From contig JBNJNM010000006.1 in assembly GCA_052426225.1 (NCBI GenBank), positions 2,852,001-2,916,000 of the forward strand: a stretch of 64,000 nucleotides of DNA, in the 5' to 3' direction. Positions 13,333-26,199 of this stretch are shown here, piece by piece (position 1 is the stretch's first letter; each line of letters opens with the position of its first letter). Made by a program: the position numbers and the translations under genes. Below the pieces are notes generated by a model that saw only the letters and a list, made by a program, of their open reading frames with translations, ran no database searches and was not told the origin of the DNA. This DNA comes from Zancudomyces culisetae HAW-14-8 (taxonomy: Eukaryota; Fungi; Kickxellomycota).

Positions 13333-14301
13333 TTGGTTGAAGAGTTAATGATGGTCCACCAATTAGATGAGATCGCAAAATTAGCTATGCAACAAGCTTT
13401 GCAAGATAGTCAAGCTCAAGCCCAGGCTCAAGCCCAGACACCCGCCCAAGTCCCCAGTCAGTTGCAGAATTTACCTGCACCAAATCCGCAGCCAAGGATT
13501 GATGGTATCAGAATACCAGAAATCCAGAAATACTCAGGAGAATCAGGAAGGTTCCGAGCCTTCACCGCCGAGATCAAGCGCCAGTTCTGGGCCAGACCAG
13601 ACGTGTTCCAGAGTGACCATAACAAGATATGGTTCATCAGTTCTCACCTTGCCGGTCATGCTGCCCTGTGGTTCGATAACCTTATCGATACCCAATCACC
13701 GTTGCTCTCAGATTTCAAAGGGTTTGAGAATGAATTTCAAAAGAGATTCTCAGATCCTGGCCACCAAGCCCGAGCTATCACCCAGCTTCATAGTTGCCGC
13801 CAGTCCCAGCGTTCCGTCCTGGAATTTGCAACCGAGTTCAGAAACCTCGCCTCTCTCAGTGGATTCAACGAGCCAGCCAAAATTCACCTGTTTTACATCG
13901 GATTGGATACTAGCCTTGTCCAGCGCCTTGCCACTGAACCGCTACCAAACACCTTGGACCAGCTCATTGATCAGGTGATTGAGCTTGAGAACAGAATCAA
14001 TGCCCGCAGTGCCTACCTGCCCAAGAGAAGCGTCCCATTCCGCAACTGGAGTACTCCGGCTCCACCGGTCTTCCCCCGTCCAGCCATGCCTGTCCCAGAT
14101 CACCAGGCTCCTGAACCAATGGACGTTGATGCCGTCACCTCCCGTCCAAGAGCACCGCTAGATACAGCCGAACGCCAGAGAAGATTAGCCAATAATCTTT
14201 GTCTATACTGTGGTCAGCCGAACCACATTCTCCGTAACTGTCCGCTCCGCAGGCCAAGACCCCCTATACCTGGGGTGCCAAAAGACAGTGCTCAGATGTA
14301 G
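13333..14301 (+). CDS. gag: Gag of A1 (retrotransposon gag domain, PMDVD motif, CCHC zinc knuckle); first ATG at 13348
   Basis: EPMDVD...CLYCGQPNHILRNC; sushi/PEG10-like architecture. Confidence 0.92.
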   Translation: MVEELMMVHQLDEIAKLAMQQALQDSQAQAQAQAQTPAQVPSQLQNLPAPNPQPRIDGIRIPEIQKYSGESGRFRAFTAEIKRQFWARPDVFQSDHNKIWFISSHLAGHAALWFDNLIDTQSPLLSDFKGFENEFQKRFSDPGHQARAITQLHSCRQSQRSVLEFATEFRNLASLSGFNEPAKIHLFYIGLDTSLVQRLATEPLPNTLDQLIDQVIELENRINARSAYLPKRSVPFRNWSTPAPPVFPRPAMPVPDHQAPEPMDVDAVTSRPRAPLDTAERQRRLANNLCLYCGQPNHILRNCPLRRPRPPIPGVPKDSAQM

Positions 14302-17300
14302 TCCGGGAGTTACTCCTGAGCGTAGCTAATAATTCTAATATTTCTAGTAATAAATTTCATATTAAAGTTGTTTTAAATAATCTATACGAACTTGTTGCAT
14401 TAGTGGACTCCGGTGCTTCAGCCAACTTTATTCGTCAAGATTTATTAGAAAAACTAAACCTCCCAACCAAAGAAGCAGAAAAAACCATCGTCCTAGAAAG
14501 TGTTGATGGTCACCAGATATACCCAGGGGGCATAAATGTCAAGGTTGATAATGCCCATATCAAGTCCGGTCCTAACCACTCTGAACACCTAGACCTTATC
14601 CCGATTCCAACCAATCACACTGACATCATATTTGGATTACCCTGGTTACGCAAACACAATCCTAGTATAACTTGGCCAGACCTCCAGATCCACTTCGACT
14701 CTGACTTTTGCAGTACAAATTGTGTTGATACCCACTCCATCCAGGCCGTGTTCAAGTCACCTGATGAACCAGATCCAGATCCAGTAGAACAAAATATTAG
14801 CCAGAATACGTCCACAAACCCAACTATCCTCCAAAGGGTGTTGAATAGATTATCAACTACCCTGCTTCCACACAGTGCCAAGTTGCTCGAATCGGTCAAG
14901 TTGGACGATTCAAACACTGAAAATCAAAGATTTTCACCGCCTCCGTCTCCTGATCTCCCCAGCCCAGCTCCGTCAAATCCATACGCCAGAATTGAAGAGA
15001 TTCTTCCTGTACCTGTTCCTGCACCAGTCCAATCAGTCACTCCAGAACCTGAAACCCAAAGTTTGCCCAAACCCGCAGCTATTGAGAACCCAGTAGATAA
15101 CCATGTTGTCAAGCAAATTCCTGAGCCCCGTCGTCCAGTAACCCCTGTGCCAAAAGTACCACTCAGACCTGAACTTCCCAAAGCAATCCTGAAGAAAATT
15201 GAGCCAAGAGAACCAGTCGTCAGATCCCGGCCATTTCATAAAAATACCCCAGTCACCACCCCCGAGCCAGAATATTCCTTGGATCCAGATCCTGTAACTT
15301 TTGCCGTTTCTGAGTCCCCGCTAGAGTACTTGGAAGAATTTCCGCAACTTCCAGTAATATACTCTGAATTCAAGGAAGTGTTCAATCCCAAGTCTGCCGT
15401 TTCACTTCCTCCTCACCGCCGTTATGACTGTCCTGTCAACACCAAAGAGGGTTACACCCCATACTGGGGGCCAATATACCCGCTATCGGAAGTAGAGTTA
15501 GAGTCTCTAAGAGGTTACATCCGTGAAAACCTCACCAATGGCTTCATCAGACGCTCTGTTTCCCCTGCTGGTGCACCAATCATGTTTGTAAAGAAGAAGT
15601 CTGGAGACTTGCGCCTTTGTGTTGACTACCGCCGATTGAACGAAGCTACCATCAAGAATAGGTACCCATTACCTAGGATTGATGAGGCGTTCGATCGGCT
15701 GCGTACAGCCAAGGTCTTTACAAAATTGGATCTCAAAGGTGCCTACAACTTAGTGCGGATCAAGGAAGGTGACGAGTGGAAAACTGCATTTAGGTGCAGA
15801 TATGGCCACTTTGAGTACCAGGTCATGCCATTTGGCTTGACAAATGCTCCCGCCACCTTTCAGCACTTTATCAATGATGTGTTACGAGATGTATTGGATC
15901 TCTATGCAATTGCATACCTTGACGACATCTTGATATTTTCCAATGACACTGACACTCACATCAATCATGTGAAATCTGTTCTGAAAAAGCTGCTTGAAAA
16001 TGGTCTGTACTGTAACGCCGAAAAATGTCACTTCCATATCAGGGAAGTTGAATTTCTAGGCCATGTTGTGTCTTCAGATGGAATAGCCACCGATCCTGCT
16101 AAAGTCAAGTGTGTAAAAGAATGGCTACCACCCACCAATGTTAAGGAGGTCCAGAAGTTTCTCGGTTTTGCCAATTACTACCGAAAGTTTATCCCATACT
16201 TCTCGCTGAAAGCCCTGCCAATCACAAGACTTCTGAAAAAGGATACACCGTTCGTTTGGAGTAAGGAGGCAGGTGAAGCCTTTAATACTCTTATCCAGGA
16301 TCTCACCACTTCCCCCGTTCTCAGATACCCTGACCCAGGAAAACAGTTTATTCTGGAAACTGACGCCTCAGACTACGCCATTGGGGCTGCTCTGTCCCAA
16401 GAAGATGAAAACGGTGATCTCCGTCCTTGTGCCTACTATTCTTACAAACTCAACACTGCCGAATCCAACTATAATATCTATGACAAGGAACTCTTGGCAA
16501 TCATCAAGGCTCTCAAAGAATGGCGACATCATCTGGAACGCTCCTCCATCCCGTTCAAGATTCTTACTGACCATAAGAATTTGGAGACCTTTAAAAATCT
16601 GAAGTCACTCAACAGAAGACACGCAAGATGGTCTCTTGATCTCAGTAGATTCAGCTTCATCATAACCTACAGGCCTGGATCTCAAGGAGGCAAACCTGAC
16701 GCTCTTTCTCGTTTGCCCAATCACACACCTGATAAGGTCGCCAACAACAACATCATAGGCGAGGACCACTTCTTAGACATTATCAGCATAGTGGACAGTG
16801 ATTTTGCTCAAGAAATCGCCAAATCCAGCAAAGCCCATCTAGAAGGATTATTGGATGCCGCAAGATACCAGAGCAGCCATAAGTCTAACGAGCCAGTAGA
16901 AGTTGAAGATGGAATTGTAATGCTTGGAAACCGTGTTGTCGTCCCCGACAAAATGAAGCCGCAAGTTGTAAGTTCTAGACATGACAGTGGCCCAGCCGGC
17001 CATTTTGGCGCTAAAAAGACATTGGAGCTCGTGGAACGAGACTTTTGGTTTCCAGGAATGCGCAAATTTATTAAAGAGTTTGTTCAAACCTGTGATACAT
17101 GCAATAGATCAAAGGACAGAAGACACAAAGTTTACGGTAAACTACTTCCGCTACCCGCTCCCTCAGGCCCATGGAAATCTATCACCATGGATTTCATAAC
17201 TGATCTTCCTCCATCCAACAAGCACACTACTATTATGGTAGTTGTAGACAGGTTCACTAAAATGAGCCATTTCATCCCGCTTAAGAAGCTGCCATCCTCA

Positions 17301-18229
17301 GAAGAAACTGCCTCCGCCTTTTTCACACATGTATTCAAGCTTCATGGACTACCAGACGTCATAATCTCTGACCGTGGAACCCAATTCTCGTCCAAATTTT
17401 GGAGTTCACTATTCAAACTGCTCAAAGTTGATACTAGAATGTCTACAGCCTTCCATCCAGAGACAGACGGTCAAACGGAGCGGGTGAATCAACATTGGAA
17501 CAGTATCTACGCTGTTTCATCAACTATCAGCAAGATAATTGGTTTGAACTGCTCCCAATTGCCGAATTTGCTTATAACAACACTCTCCACTCCAGCACTA
17601 ATACTTCTCCTTTCTTTGCTCTATATGGTTACCATCCAAGATTTGATCCTCAAATCACTAAAAACGTTCACGTCCCCAGCGCTTCTGATAGGATAAAACA
17701 ACTCAAAGAACTTCAATCAGCCCTCACTTCCATACTTAACAAGAAATCTCAGGAATATAAAAAGTATGCTGATGTAAACCGATCTGAACATCCAAAGTAT
17801 AAACTAGGTGACAAGGTTTGGCTATCCAGCCAAAATATCAAAACTCAAAGGCCTTCTAAAAAGCTTGACCATAGACTTCTAGGCCCATTCACTATTTCAA
17901 AAATCATCAATCCTGTTTCTGTCCGTTTAGACCTCCCGCCATCAATGAAAATCCATAACACTTTTCATGTCTCGTTATTGGAACCGTATATCGAACCCAG
18001 CAGTAACCGCAGATTAATAAACAGTCTTCCTCCACCTCTAATTATAAATGGAAATAAAGAATATGAAGTTAAGGATATTTTGGATTCTAAGCTTGTACGG
18101 GGTAAAAAATATTACTTAGTTGATTGGAAAGGCTTTGACATAAGTGAAAGAAGCTGGGAGCCGATTGAAAACATATACGCGCCTCAACTATTGAAAAAAT
18201 ACTATAAGACATATCCCAACAAACCATAA
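14277..18229 (+). pseudogene. pol: Pol of A1 (PR-spacer-RT-RH-IN-chromodomain) with a 1 bp deletion near 17491
   Basis: LVDSGA, YLDD, TDASD, TDHKNL, HHCC/DDE integrase, GPF, chromodomain YEVKDILD...YLVDWKG. A1 reads gtgaatc-aacattgg where A2 reads gtgaatcaaacattgg. The pol frame is open back into the end of gag. Confidence 0.92.
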
Positions 18230-18343
18230 GAGCAACAATATATTTATTATTTAATCAACATTATACCTAAATACTTATCTATAAAAACTATAAAAACAAC
18301 CTAAAAACAACTAAAAAGCATAAAAAATTATAAAAGAAAAAAT

Positions 18344-18610
18344 AAAAAAGAATGAACTTAGGAGGGCGCTAACGTCTTGGGCCACACGATCACGTGATTC
18401 GAATTAACTGCTCGAGATCCCGAAGGAGTTATCGGAGAGGTGAAACGGTCCGGTACTAGTCCCGAAGGACGTTATCGCGCACATTGGCCCCGTGAAACAT
18501 CACATCCACTCTACAGCTAATTACTTCCCAATTACGGTCTTACAGCGAAGGATCGAACCAGGGTCCTGCAGAATACAAGTTCGACGCCTTAGCCACTCGA
18601 CTATAAGCTC
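18344..18610 (-). ncRNA. Putative Pol III-transcribed, tRNA-derived structured RNA embedded antisense in A1
   Basis: A box TAGTCGAGTGG, B box GGTTCGATCC (18559-18550), two cUUCGg hairpins, no internal T4 run, T6 terminator; second copy at 54530-54796. Confidence 0.6.
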
Positions 18611-18827
18611 ACATTTTTGTCCAAGATATTATTTTTATATATTTAAAATATTCTTTGAAGGGGGGATAATGTCAGAATCGCATTATTTACCCATAAGTTT
18701 TAATATTTATTTTTAATCATATTTAATTACCTTTGAATCCTAACTTGGGAACATTAAGTTTCCCAACTTAAATAAATTAGTTTCCTGACATTCTAACACC
18801 ATATTTTTCACTCTTTACAATCTGAAC

Positions 18828-21800
18828 ATGGAGGAAATTCAAGACAGTATTAGCCAGGTTGAACTCGTGAAAGCCTTAATGGCCCAAATCGCTACACTAT
18901 CCAATCAGGTGGACGCCCTCCAGCGCCAACAACTCACCAACTCCAACACGCCAGCTCCAGAACCTCACGTTGCCCCGCCCGAAAAATTTTCAGGAACCAA
19001 GAAAGGAAGCATAAAGAATTTTATCTCTACCGTTAAAACGGTGTTCAGGTTGCAACCCTCAAGGTTTCCCACATCAGATTCCAAAGTATTGTATATTGGT
19101 ACCCTTTTGACCGATAATGCACAGACGTGGTTTCGAACTATGGAAGAATCAAACCATCCAGCGCTCCTTGATAGCAATAATTTCTTTGCGTTACTCGAAC
19201 ACACTTACGGAGATCCTAACTCTACCTGGAAAGCCCAGATGAGACTGTCAAAAATGAGACAAGGGACTTCAAACTGCCTAACATACTCGACTCATTTTAA
19301 AAGTATTGCACTAGAAGCGGATTTCAATGAAGCAGCTCTAATCAAGTTATTCTATGACGGGCTCAACGACGAGATAAAAGACACGCTCGCCACAATGGAT
19401 CGAATCCCAGGAGATTTTGAGTTATACACCGCATTGTGCATCAGAATCGACAACCGAATAGCCCAAAGAAGAACCGAAAAACTCAGGAGAGAACCTTGGA
19501 TTCCGAATAAATCCTTCTCAAGACGAGATACTGACAGTATGGACATCGACCTAATTGGAACCAAAAGACTTACAGAATCAGAAAGAGACCACCGTAAGTA
19601 CAACAAGTTATGTTTTTACTGTGCAAACCCCAATCACTCCCTGAAAGAGTGTCCTCGGAAGGCCAGACAACTCAAGAAAATGTTCAAAAAGTCCATTGAC
19701 CAGCCAGACTCTCCAATCCCAGAAAAGTTTAAGCCAAAAAAACAAATCGAATCTTCAGGAATGAGGGAACTGAAGAACTACAATGCCTCAAATTTTATTA
19801 GTAGTTTATTTATAAAGAATAGTACCATAAAAAGTAGAAAATTAAATAATTCAAAAAACAAGTTTTTTATTAATATTAGTTTAAACAATAATAAAGATAT
19901 TCATACATATGCACTGATTGACTCAGGAGCATCAGGAAACTTCATGAATCTTGATTTTGCGATACATAATAAAATCAAAATGATCAGGAAAACCCATCCT
20001 TGCAGATTATTATTAGCAGATAATAGTAATTCTAGAGAAGGATTAATCACACATGAAACAACGAGGTTACCAATAATGATAAATAGTTTTCAGGAAAAAA
20101 TCAGCTTCAACTTAGTTAAAAATCTCAGCAGCCCTATAATTCTCGGATTACCATGGTTACGTACAAACAATCCACAAATCAATTGGGAGAACCTCACCCT
20201 AAAGTTAATAAGACCTGAACCGGTAGAGGAAATCAATAAAGCAACCTGTACACCCGAACCTGAATTAATCCTACCCTCTAAGTACAAGGACTATCGTGAT
20301 GTTTTTTCAAAGAAAAACTCGGACACACTACCGGAACTAAGACCCTATGATTGCGAAATTCCACTCCAAGATAAAGATAAAATACCACCGTTCAAACCAA
20401 TCTACAACCTATCTGGACCAGAACTAAAAGCTCTTGAAGAATACATCAAAGAAAACCTACAAAAGGGTTTTATCAGACCAAGCAAATCACCTGCAGGTGC
20501 ACCAATATTTTTTGTGAACAAGAAAGATGGAGGGCTAAGACCGAGTGTGGACTACCGTGAACTCAATGAAATCACAGTCAAAAACAGATATCCGCTTCCA
20601 CTTATCACAGAACTTCTAGATCGCTTATCATCAGCTAGAATATTCACCAAGATCGATCTCAGGGGAGCCTACAATCTTGTTAGAATGAAGCCAGGTGAGG
20701 AATGGAAAACAGCATTCAGGTCTAGATACGGTCACTTTGAATACTTAGTAATGCCTTTCGGTCTTACTAATGCTCCTGCGATATTCCAACACATGATGAA
20801 CGACATTTTTCGTGACATGCTTGATATCTCGGTGATAATTTATCTTGATGATATTTTAATCTTCTCACCAGATCAAGATACCCATACAAAACATGTCAAA
20901 GACGTACTAGTTCGGCTCCGGCAGCATGGACTATACGCCAAACTCGAGAAAAGTCTATTTGATCAGAAATCGGTCGAATTCTTAGGCTTTGTCGTATCTG
21001 ATAAAGGAATATCTATGAGCAAAGACAAAGTAATCAGTATCCTAGATTGGGAGACGCCAAAGAATGTAAAAGATGTCATGAGTTTTCTAGGATTTGCAAA
21101 CTTTTACAGAAGATTTATCAGGGACTACTCCAAAGTAGCAAAACCACTTACTAATCTCACCAAAAAGGACATCAAATTTGAATGGTCAGGAGAATGCAAT
21201 ACCGCTTTCAAAACCCTAAAGAACCTGATAACATCAGCTCCAATACTACATCATGTCGATCCCAATCTACCGTTCACTCTAGAGACCGACGCTTCAGATT
21301 TTGCAATCGGAGCAGTTCTGACACAACCAGATCCAACATCCAACGACAAACAACATCCTGTAGCATTTTACTCCAGAAAGCTGGTAGACGCAGAAGTGAA
21401 CTACGACGTTCATGACAAAGAACTTTTAACCATTGTTGACTCACTCAAGCATTGGAGACACTACCTATCAGGCGCAATTCACCCTATATCCATTTATTCC
21501 AATCATCGGAACCTAACCTTTTTCAAGTCCAAACGGATTCTCAAGCAAAGACATGCCAGATGGGCTGGTACCCTATCTGAGTATGACTTCAAACTTTGCT
21601 ACAGACCAGGAGCTTTAAACCCTGTAGCAGATGCCTTGAGTCGGAGGACCGACTTGCTTCCTAAGGAGGGGGAACCCTACGCAAACCCACAAAAGTTTGA
21701 ATCCACACTTCTCCCGCACAAATTATGGATAAATCAGGTCCAAATTCAAAACGCCTGGATCAGAGAAATCAAGTCAGAATCAGAGGAACTGGAAATTCTA

Positions 21801-23111
21801 AAGATCAGACATGATGCAGTTACCGCTGGACATCCAGGACAGTTCAAGACATATAATCTAATTGCCAAAGACTTCTACTGGAAAGGAATGAGACAGTATA
21901 TCAACAACTACATCAAAGGATGTGATACCTGTCAAAGAACTAAGCACTCCAGACACAAGCCTTATGGACTACTCACCCCGTTACCAATTCCAGAACGCCC
22001 ATGGCAATTTACATCCATTGACTTTATAGTCAAACTCCCACGCTCAAATAACTTTGACTCCATCTTAGTTGTCGTCTGTAGACTAACTAAACAAGCACAC
22101 TTCATTGCTTGCAATGAATCCATAGATGCCGCAAAGACTGCCAAGCTATATTTAGACAACATCTTTAAACATCACGGACTCCCAGAAGAGATAACCTCAG
22201 ACAGAGGGCCACAGTTCAGATCCGCATTCTGGCAATCATTGACAAAAATATTAGGAATCAAATCTAATCTTACTACAGCATACCACCCAGAAGCAAATGG
22301 TCAGGTTGAACGCGTAAATCAAACACTTGAACAGTATCTAAGATGTTACACAACTTATAATCAGGACAATTGGGCTGAACTACTACCACTTGCAGAGTTT
22401 GCCTATAACAACTCAACAAACAATAGCACCAAGCATACTCCATTTTATGCTAACTCAGGCTACCATCCAAAAGCAGATCTTTTGAAGCTAAACAACTTCA
22501 GCACAAATGTACCTTCGTTGGAACAGAGACTAAGTACAATCAAGAAAATTCAGTAAACAATCAAGGATAACCTAAAAAACGCGCAGGACGCCGCCAAGAA
22601 ATATTCAAACACGAAACGTAAAGATCAGGAATTCAAGGTTGACGACATTGTATGGTTACTCAGGAAAAACATCAAAACCACAAGACCATCAAGCAAACTG
22701 GACTACCAAAGGCTAGGGCCTTTCAGGATATCCGATAAGATTAATCAGGTAGCATACAAACTAGATCTTCCAGACACTATGAAATCTCATAATGTATACC
22801 ATGTCTCCCTATTGGAAAGATACTACAAGCCGACCATACCAGGACAGACACAAAGACCGCCAGAACCAATCATTGTTGATGATAATGAAGAATGGGAAGT
22901 AGATCAGATCCTAGACAGAAAAATCAAAGGAAAAACCAAGTATTACCTTATCAAGTGGAAAGGTTTCAATGATAACGACAACACATGGGAACCAGAAGAA
23001 AACCTAGTAAACAGTCAGGAGTTATTAAACGATTATGAAGACAGTCAGAAACAAACTCATCTCGCAGAGCTCGATCTTAAAGAGGAGGATGATGTTATGA
23101 ATAGAACGTAG
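18828..23111 (+). pseudogene. Single-ORF gag-pol of element B with one premature TAA (22554-22556) before the GPF/chromodomain tail
   Basis: gag (SMDID, CFYCANPNHSLKEC), LIDSGA, YLDD, TDASD, integrase; ORF 22779-23111 is in the same frame and carries the chromodomain (EWEVDQILD...YLIKWKG). Confidence 0.92.
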
Positions 23112-23213
23112 TTCTATAATTTATTTTTAATTAATTTTATTTCTCTTTAGTTTAATAAAGTTAATATTTTTCTTAAATCAAGTTCATTAAATAAAATATA
23201 TCTAGTTCTAACA

Positions 23214-24100
23214 CCTTCTATTTGTTTTTTAACTTTTTTTAGCTGTTTATCTCCGTGTCTGTCCATCTGTCTGGCAAATGGGAGTGCATCCCATGATACC
23301 ATTTTATGCTTGTTTCTAAAGCCGCGTTTTCGCCAATGTGCATTATAAATAATTTGTTTTTGAATTTGTCCAATATACTTTTTAATAATTCGGGAATGTT
23401 ATTATCTTCAATTGATTGATCGATTAATTAATATTAAAAGTCCAGACATCTCCAACTTATCTAATTTTAAGTATTAGTTTAATGTGTTTCTACTCGATAC
23501 GAATCTGTTAATTGTGCGCCATTGTAAAGTTGAAATTTATATATATTAGCATTTTCTTCATACCAACACTTGTTCTATAATCGAAATGAATCTTATGTTC
23601 TATCCAGAAATCAATCCCTATTAACATTCCACATTTAACCCTTCAATAATTATTAACTTAACTTGTCTTATTCTTCGCCAAATGTGATTTCAATATTGAC
23701 CATTTTATCGCATGTAGTTATAACACCGTTTGCCATTCTTGCCTTGACAGGTGTTGAAAGTTCTTCAATTAATCCGAGTTTTTTTGATAACTCATTTGAA
23801 ATAAAACTTGTTGCGCCGGAGTCTAATAGAATTTTTACTCCAATATTGTTTATAATGCCATTACTCATCGGTATATTATCCGTGTTCTGGTTGCCGACAT
23901 CGTACATATTTTAAAATATTTCTTCGAAATTGACCATTTTTTGATCCTCATCGACTGGTAATCTCAGATTCGCCGTTTTTCGAGCAGTTAATTCACTCGT
24001 CCATTGTTTTCGTATTCCTTGTCAGCCCAGTTGTAGTCTGTACTGTCGTCTATACTCGATTGGCTTGTTGATGAATCGCTTTCAATATCGACTAATTTGT
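23214..24100 (-). pseudogene. Degenerate gypsy family E, right part (protease)
   Basis: ORF 23668-23907 ILLDSGATSFIS; contiguous with 11880-13073 across the TSD of B. Confidence 0.75.
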
Positions 24101-24775
24101 TTTCTGTTTTTCGCCACTCTAGGTTTCTGGAGTTACTAGCTATATTCTGTTGTATAACATTATAATTAGCTTATTATTTTTAACTTTAGATTATTTTATA
24201 TTTCTTCAGTTTAATTGTATTAGTTTTATGACTATATCTTTTCACTTTTTATTGAATTATCGTCATTATTGTTTAAAAATGTATTATCTTTAAACTACGA
24301 TATTTTATGCATTGTAAATTCTATCGGCTTTTAAATGGTCATTAGTATTAATTTTCATTTAAAATGGCCTTATAGTTATGAATTGCCTTTATCCGTTTCA
24401 ATTCAATCACGTCTTTATCATTTTCATCAAATAGCTTTTATAACCATTGTCGGAAAGCGTACTACAATTTTTTTGGGTGCATAAGATTATAAGTTCCTTT
24501 TCAATCCAAAGAATGGAACCTTAGGCTTTTGATAACAGATGTTAGCTATAGGACTTCTTCCACACTTGAAACATAATTTTTTTGATGGAAAGAATTTTTT
24601 TCCTTCATCAGTATTTGTGTCTACTGGTATTCGCTCGCCAGCAACTACTATATATACTATGTTAATTTGCTTGTGACCTTTGTTCCGTTTTAACATATTT
24701 AGGTTTTATTTGTCTCAATAGATTAAAATTTGAGTGAATCTACATCATTATAACATATATGTAAACTTCACCTAC

Positions 24776-25230
24776 TGTTATAACTATATTTATTATATTA
24801 CGTATAAGAACTTGAATTAGAATAATATTAACTTCATTAAACTAAAGAGAATATTTTTCACTGGCGATTTCCACAACGAATTCATAAATTTTACATACTT
24901 TTCCTTCAGATATAATTTCATTTAACAATCAAAGGTCGCAAGACTTTGTATATCAAAGAAAAATTATTGTCTTACTTCGATAAACATTCAAGGAGTTTGA
25001 CCTTTGGTAAGTTTCATGATTTTCAATGTTGAGGTTAGTTTCATCATTGAGTTGTTTTGATTTATGTAAAATAATAACAGTTACTTGAAAATTGAATTGG
25101 TTATATATTATTATTTGATATCCTAAATCAATATGTAATTATACGAAATGGGAAATTCATCAAATTGAATTAATTTACAGAATTAGAATTAAAATTAAAA
25201 AGACAAAATTTATAAAACATAATTCTTTCA
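24776..25230. repeat. LTR-like repeat related to 9300-9755
   Basis: Starts TGTTAT; shared internal strings with 9300-9755. Confidence 0.55.
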
Positions 25231-26199
25231 CATATCAACTGAGACTTTGTTTAATATATTATGTAAATTTAGATTTTATTTAAAATTGTTACTATCAAGA
25301 TTAAAATTCAAATATCAATTGATATAATTTTTAATTTTTAACGATATTAAATTAACTCTATAACAATTCACAATTAAATAATTAATTAAGAATATCACAA
25401 AAATATAATCGAATGTAATACCAAAACCACTGACAAGAAAGTTGTTTATCATGCAACATCTAATGATAATTATTTATAGCTATTAGCAGTTTATAATAAA
25501 TGATTGATCAAATCATTAATCGATAAATGAGAATTTTAAAGATAATTAATTGTTTTAAGATGTACAAAACAAGCTATTTAATTTGAATTTATAATATTAA
25601 TTCAAAATTAATGATACTAGACAATATTAGAAATAGTTTATGGTTAGTTCAAATGTATTTATAATATATTTGTCTTAACCATATAATAGATATATATATT
25701 AGACCGTTATTACATTTATAATCTATTGTAAAATTATATTTTTAATTACTATAATAATTGTAATTAACATTTGTGGGATAATATTAAACATTAATAAATA
25801 TAATATAACTTAATAATTTTAAAAATATATAATGTCAATTACAATTTGAAATCAAATCAGGTATAAAATATTTCAATTCAAGTTTCTAACTATTAATAAT
25901 TATAAAAACCCTATTATATCCTTAAAATAAATATTCCTCATCTGAAAACAATAGCCACATATAAATAATCATGTATAAATTAATTATTTCACAGCCAGTC
26001 TTGACATTAAGAATGAAATCTAATAAAATCACAAATACTAGTTTTGTTCATATGTAAAATAGTACCGATTGATTCAGACATTTGATATTAGGGTCAATAC
26101 TTATCTAATAGTGTGCGTACAGGCACTACAACAATGAAAGTTTTTACTGAAAATCATAGACCCATTTTCGCATTTCATGTTCAATATAATTTGCTAATT

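Larger units (their letters stand above)
13192..18790 (+). mobile_element. Ty3/gypsy chromovirus LTR retrotransposon, family A copy 1 (A1)
   Basis: Identical 121 bp LTRs (13192-13312; 18670-18790), TSD TTCTA, PPT GAAGGGGGGATAA, gag plus pol in -1 frame. Confidence 0.97.
13074..23213 (+). mobile_element. Ty3/gypsy chromovirus LTR retrotransposon, family B, full length with A1 nested in its 5' LTR
   Basis: 121 bp LTRs (13074-13191 plus 18796-18798; 23093-23213), TG...CA ends, TSD CCTTC (13069-73 and 23214-18), PPT AAAGAGGAGGATGA before the 3' LTR. Confidence 0.95.

Noticed and set aside
18400-18500. Hammerhead, twister or HDV-like ribozyme
   Set aside because: GTCC-CGAA-GGAC resembles hammerhead stem II but the CTGATGA and adjacent GAAA core are missing; I could not build twister or HDV topologies by eye.
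18492-18716. 74 aa extra ORF (env-like) in family A, also 54424-54648
   Set aside because: GTG start, overlaps the tRNA-like cassette, PPT and LTR; identity between copies just reflects recent duplication.
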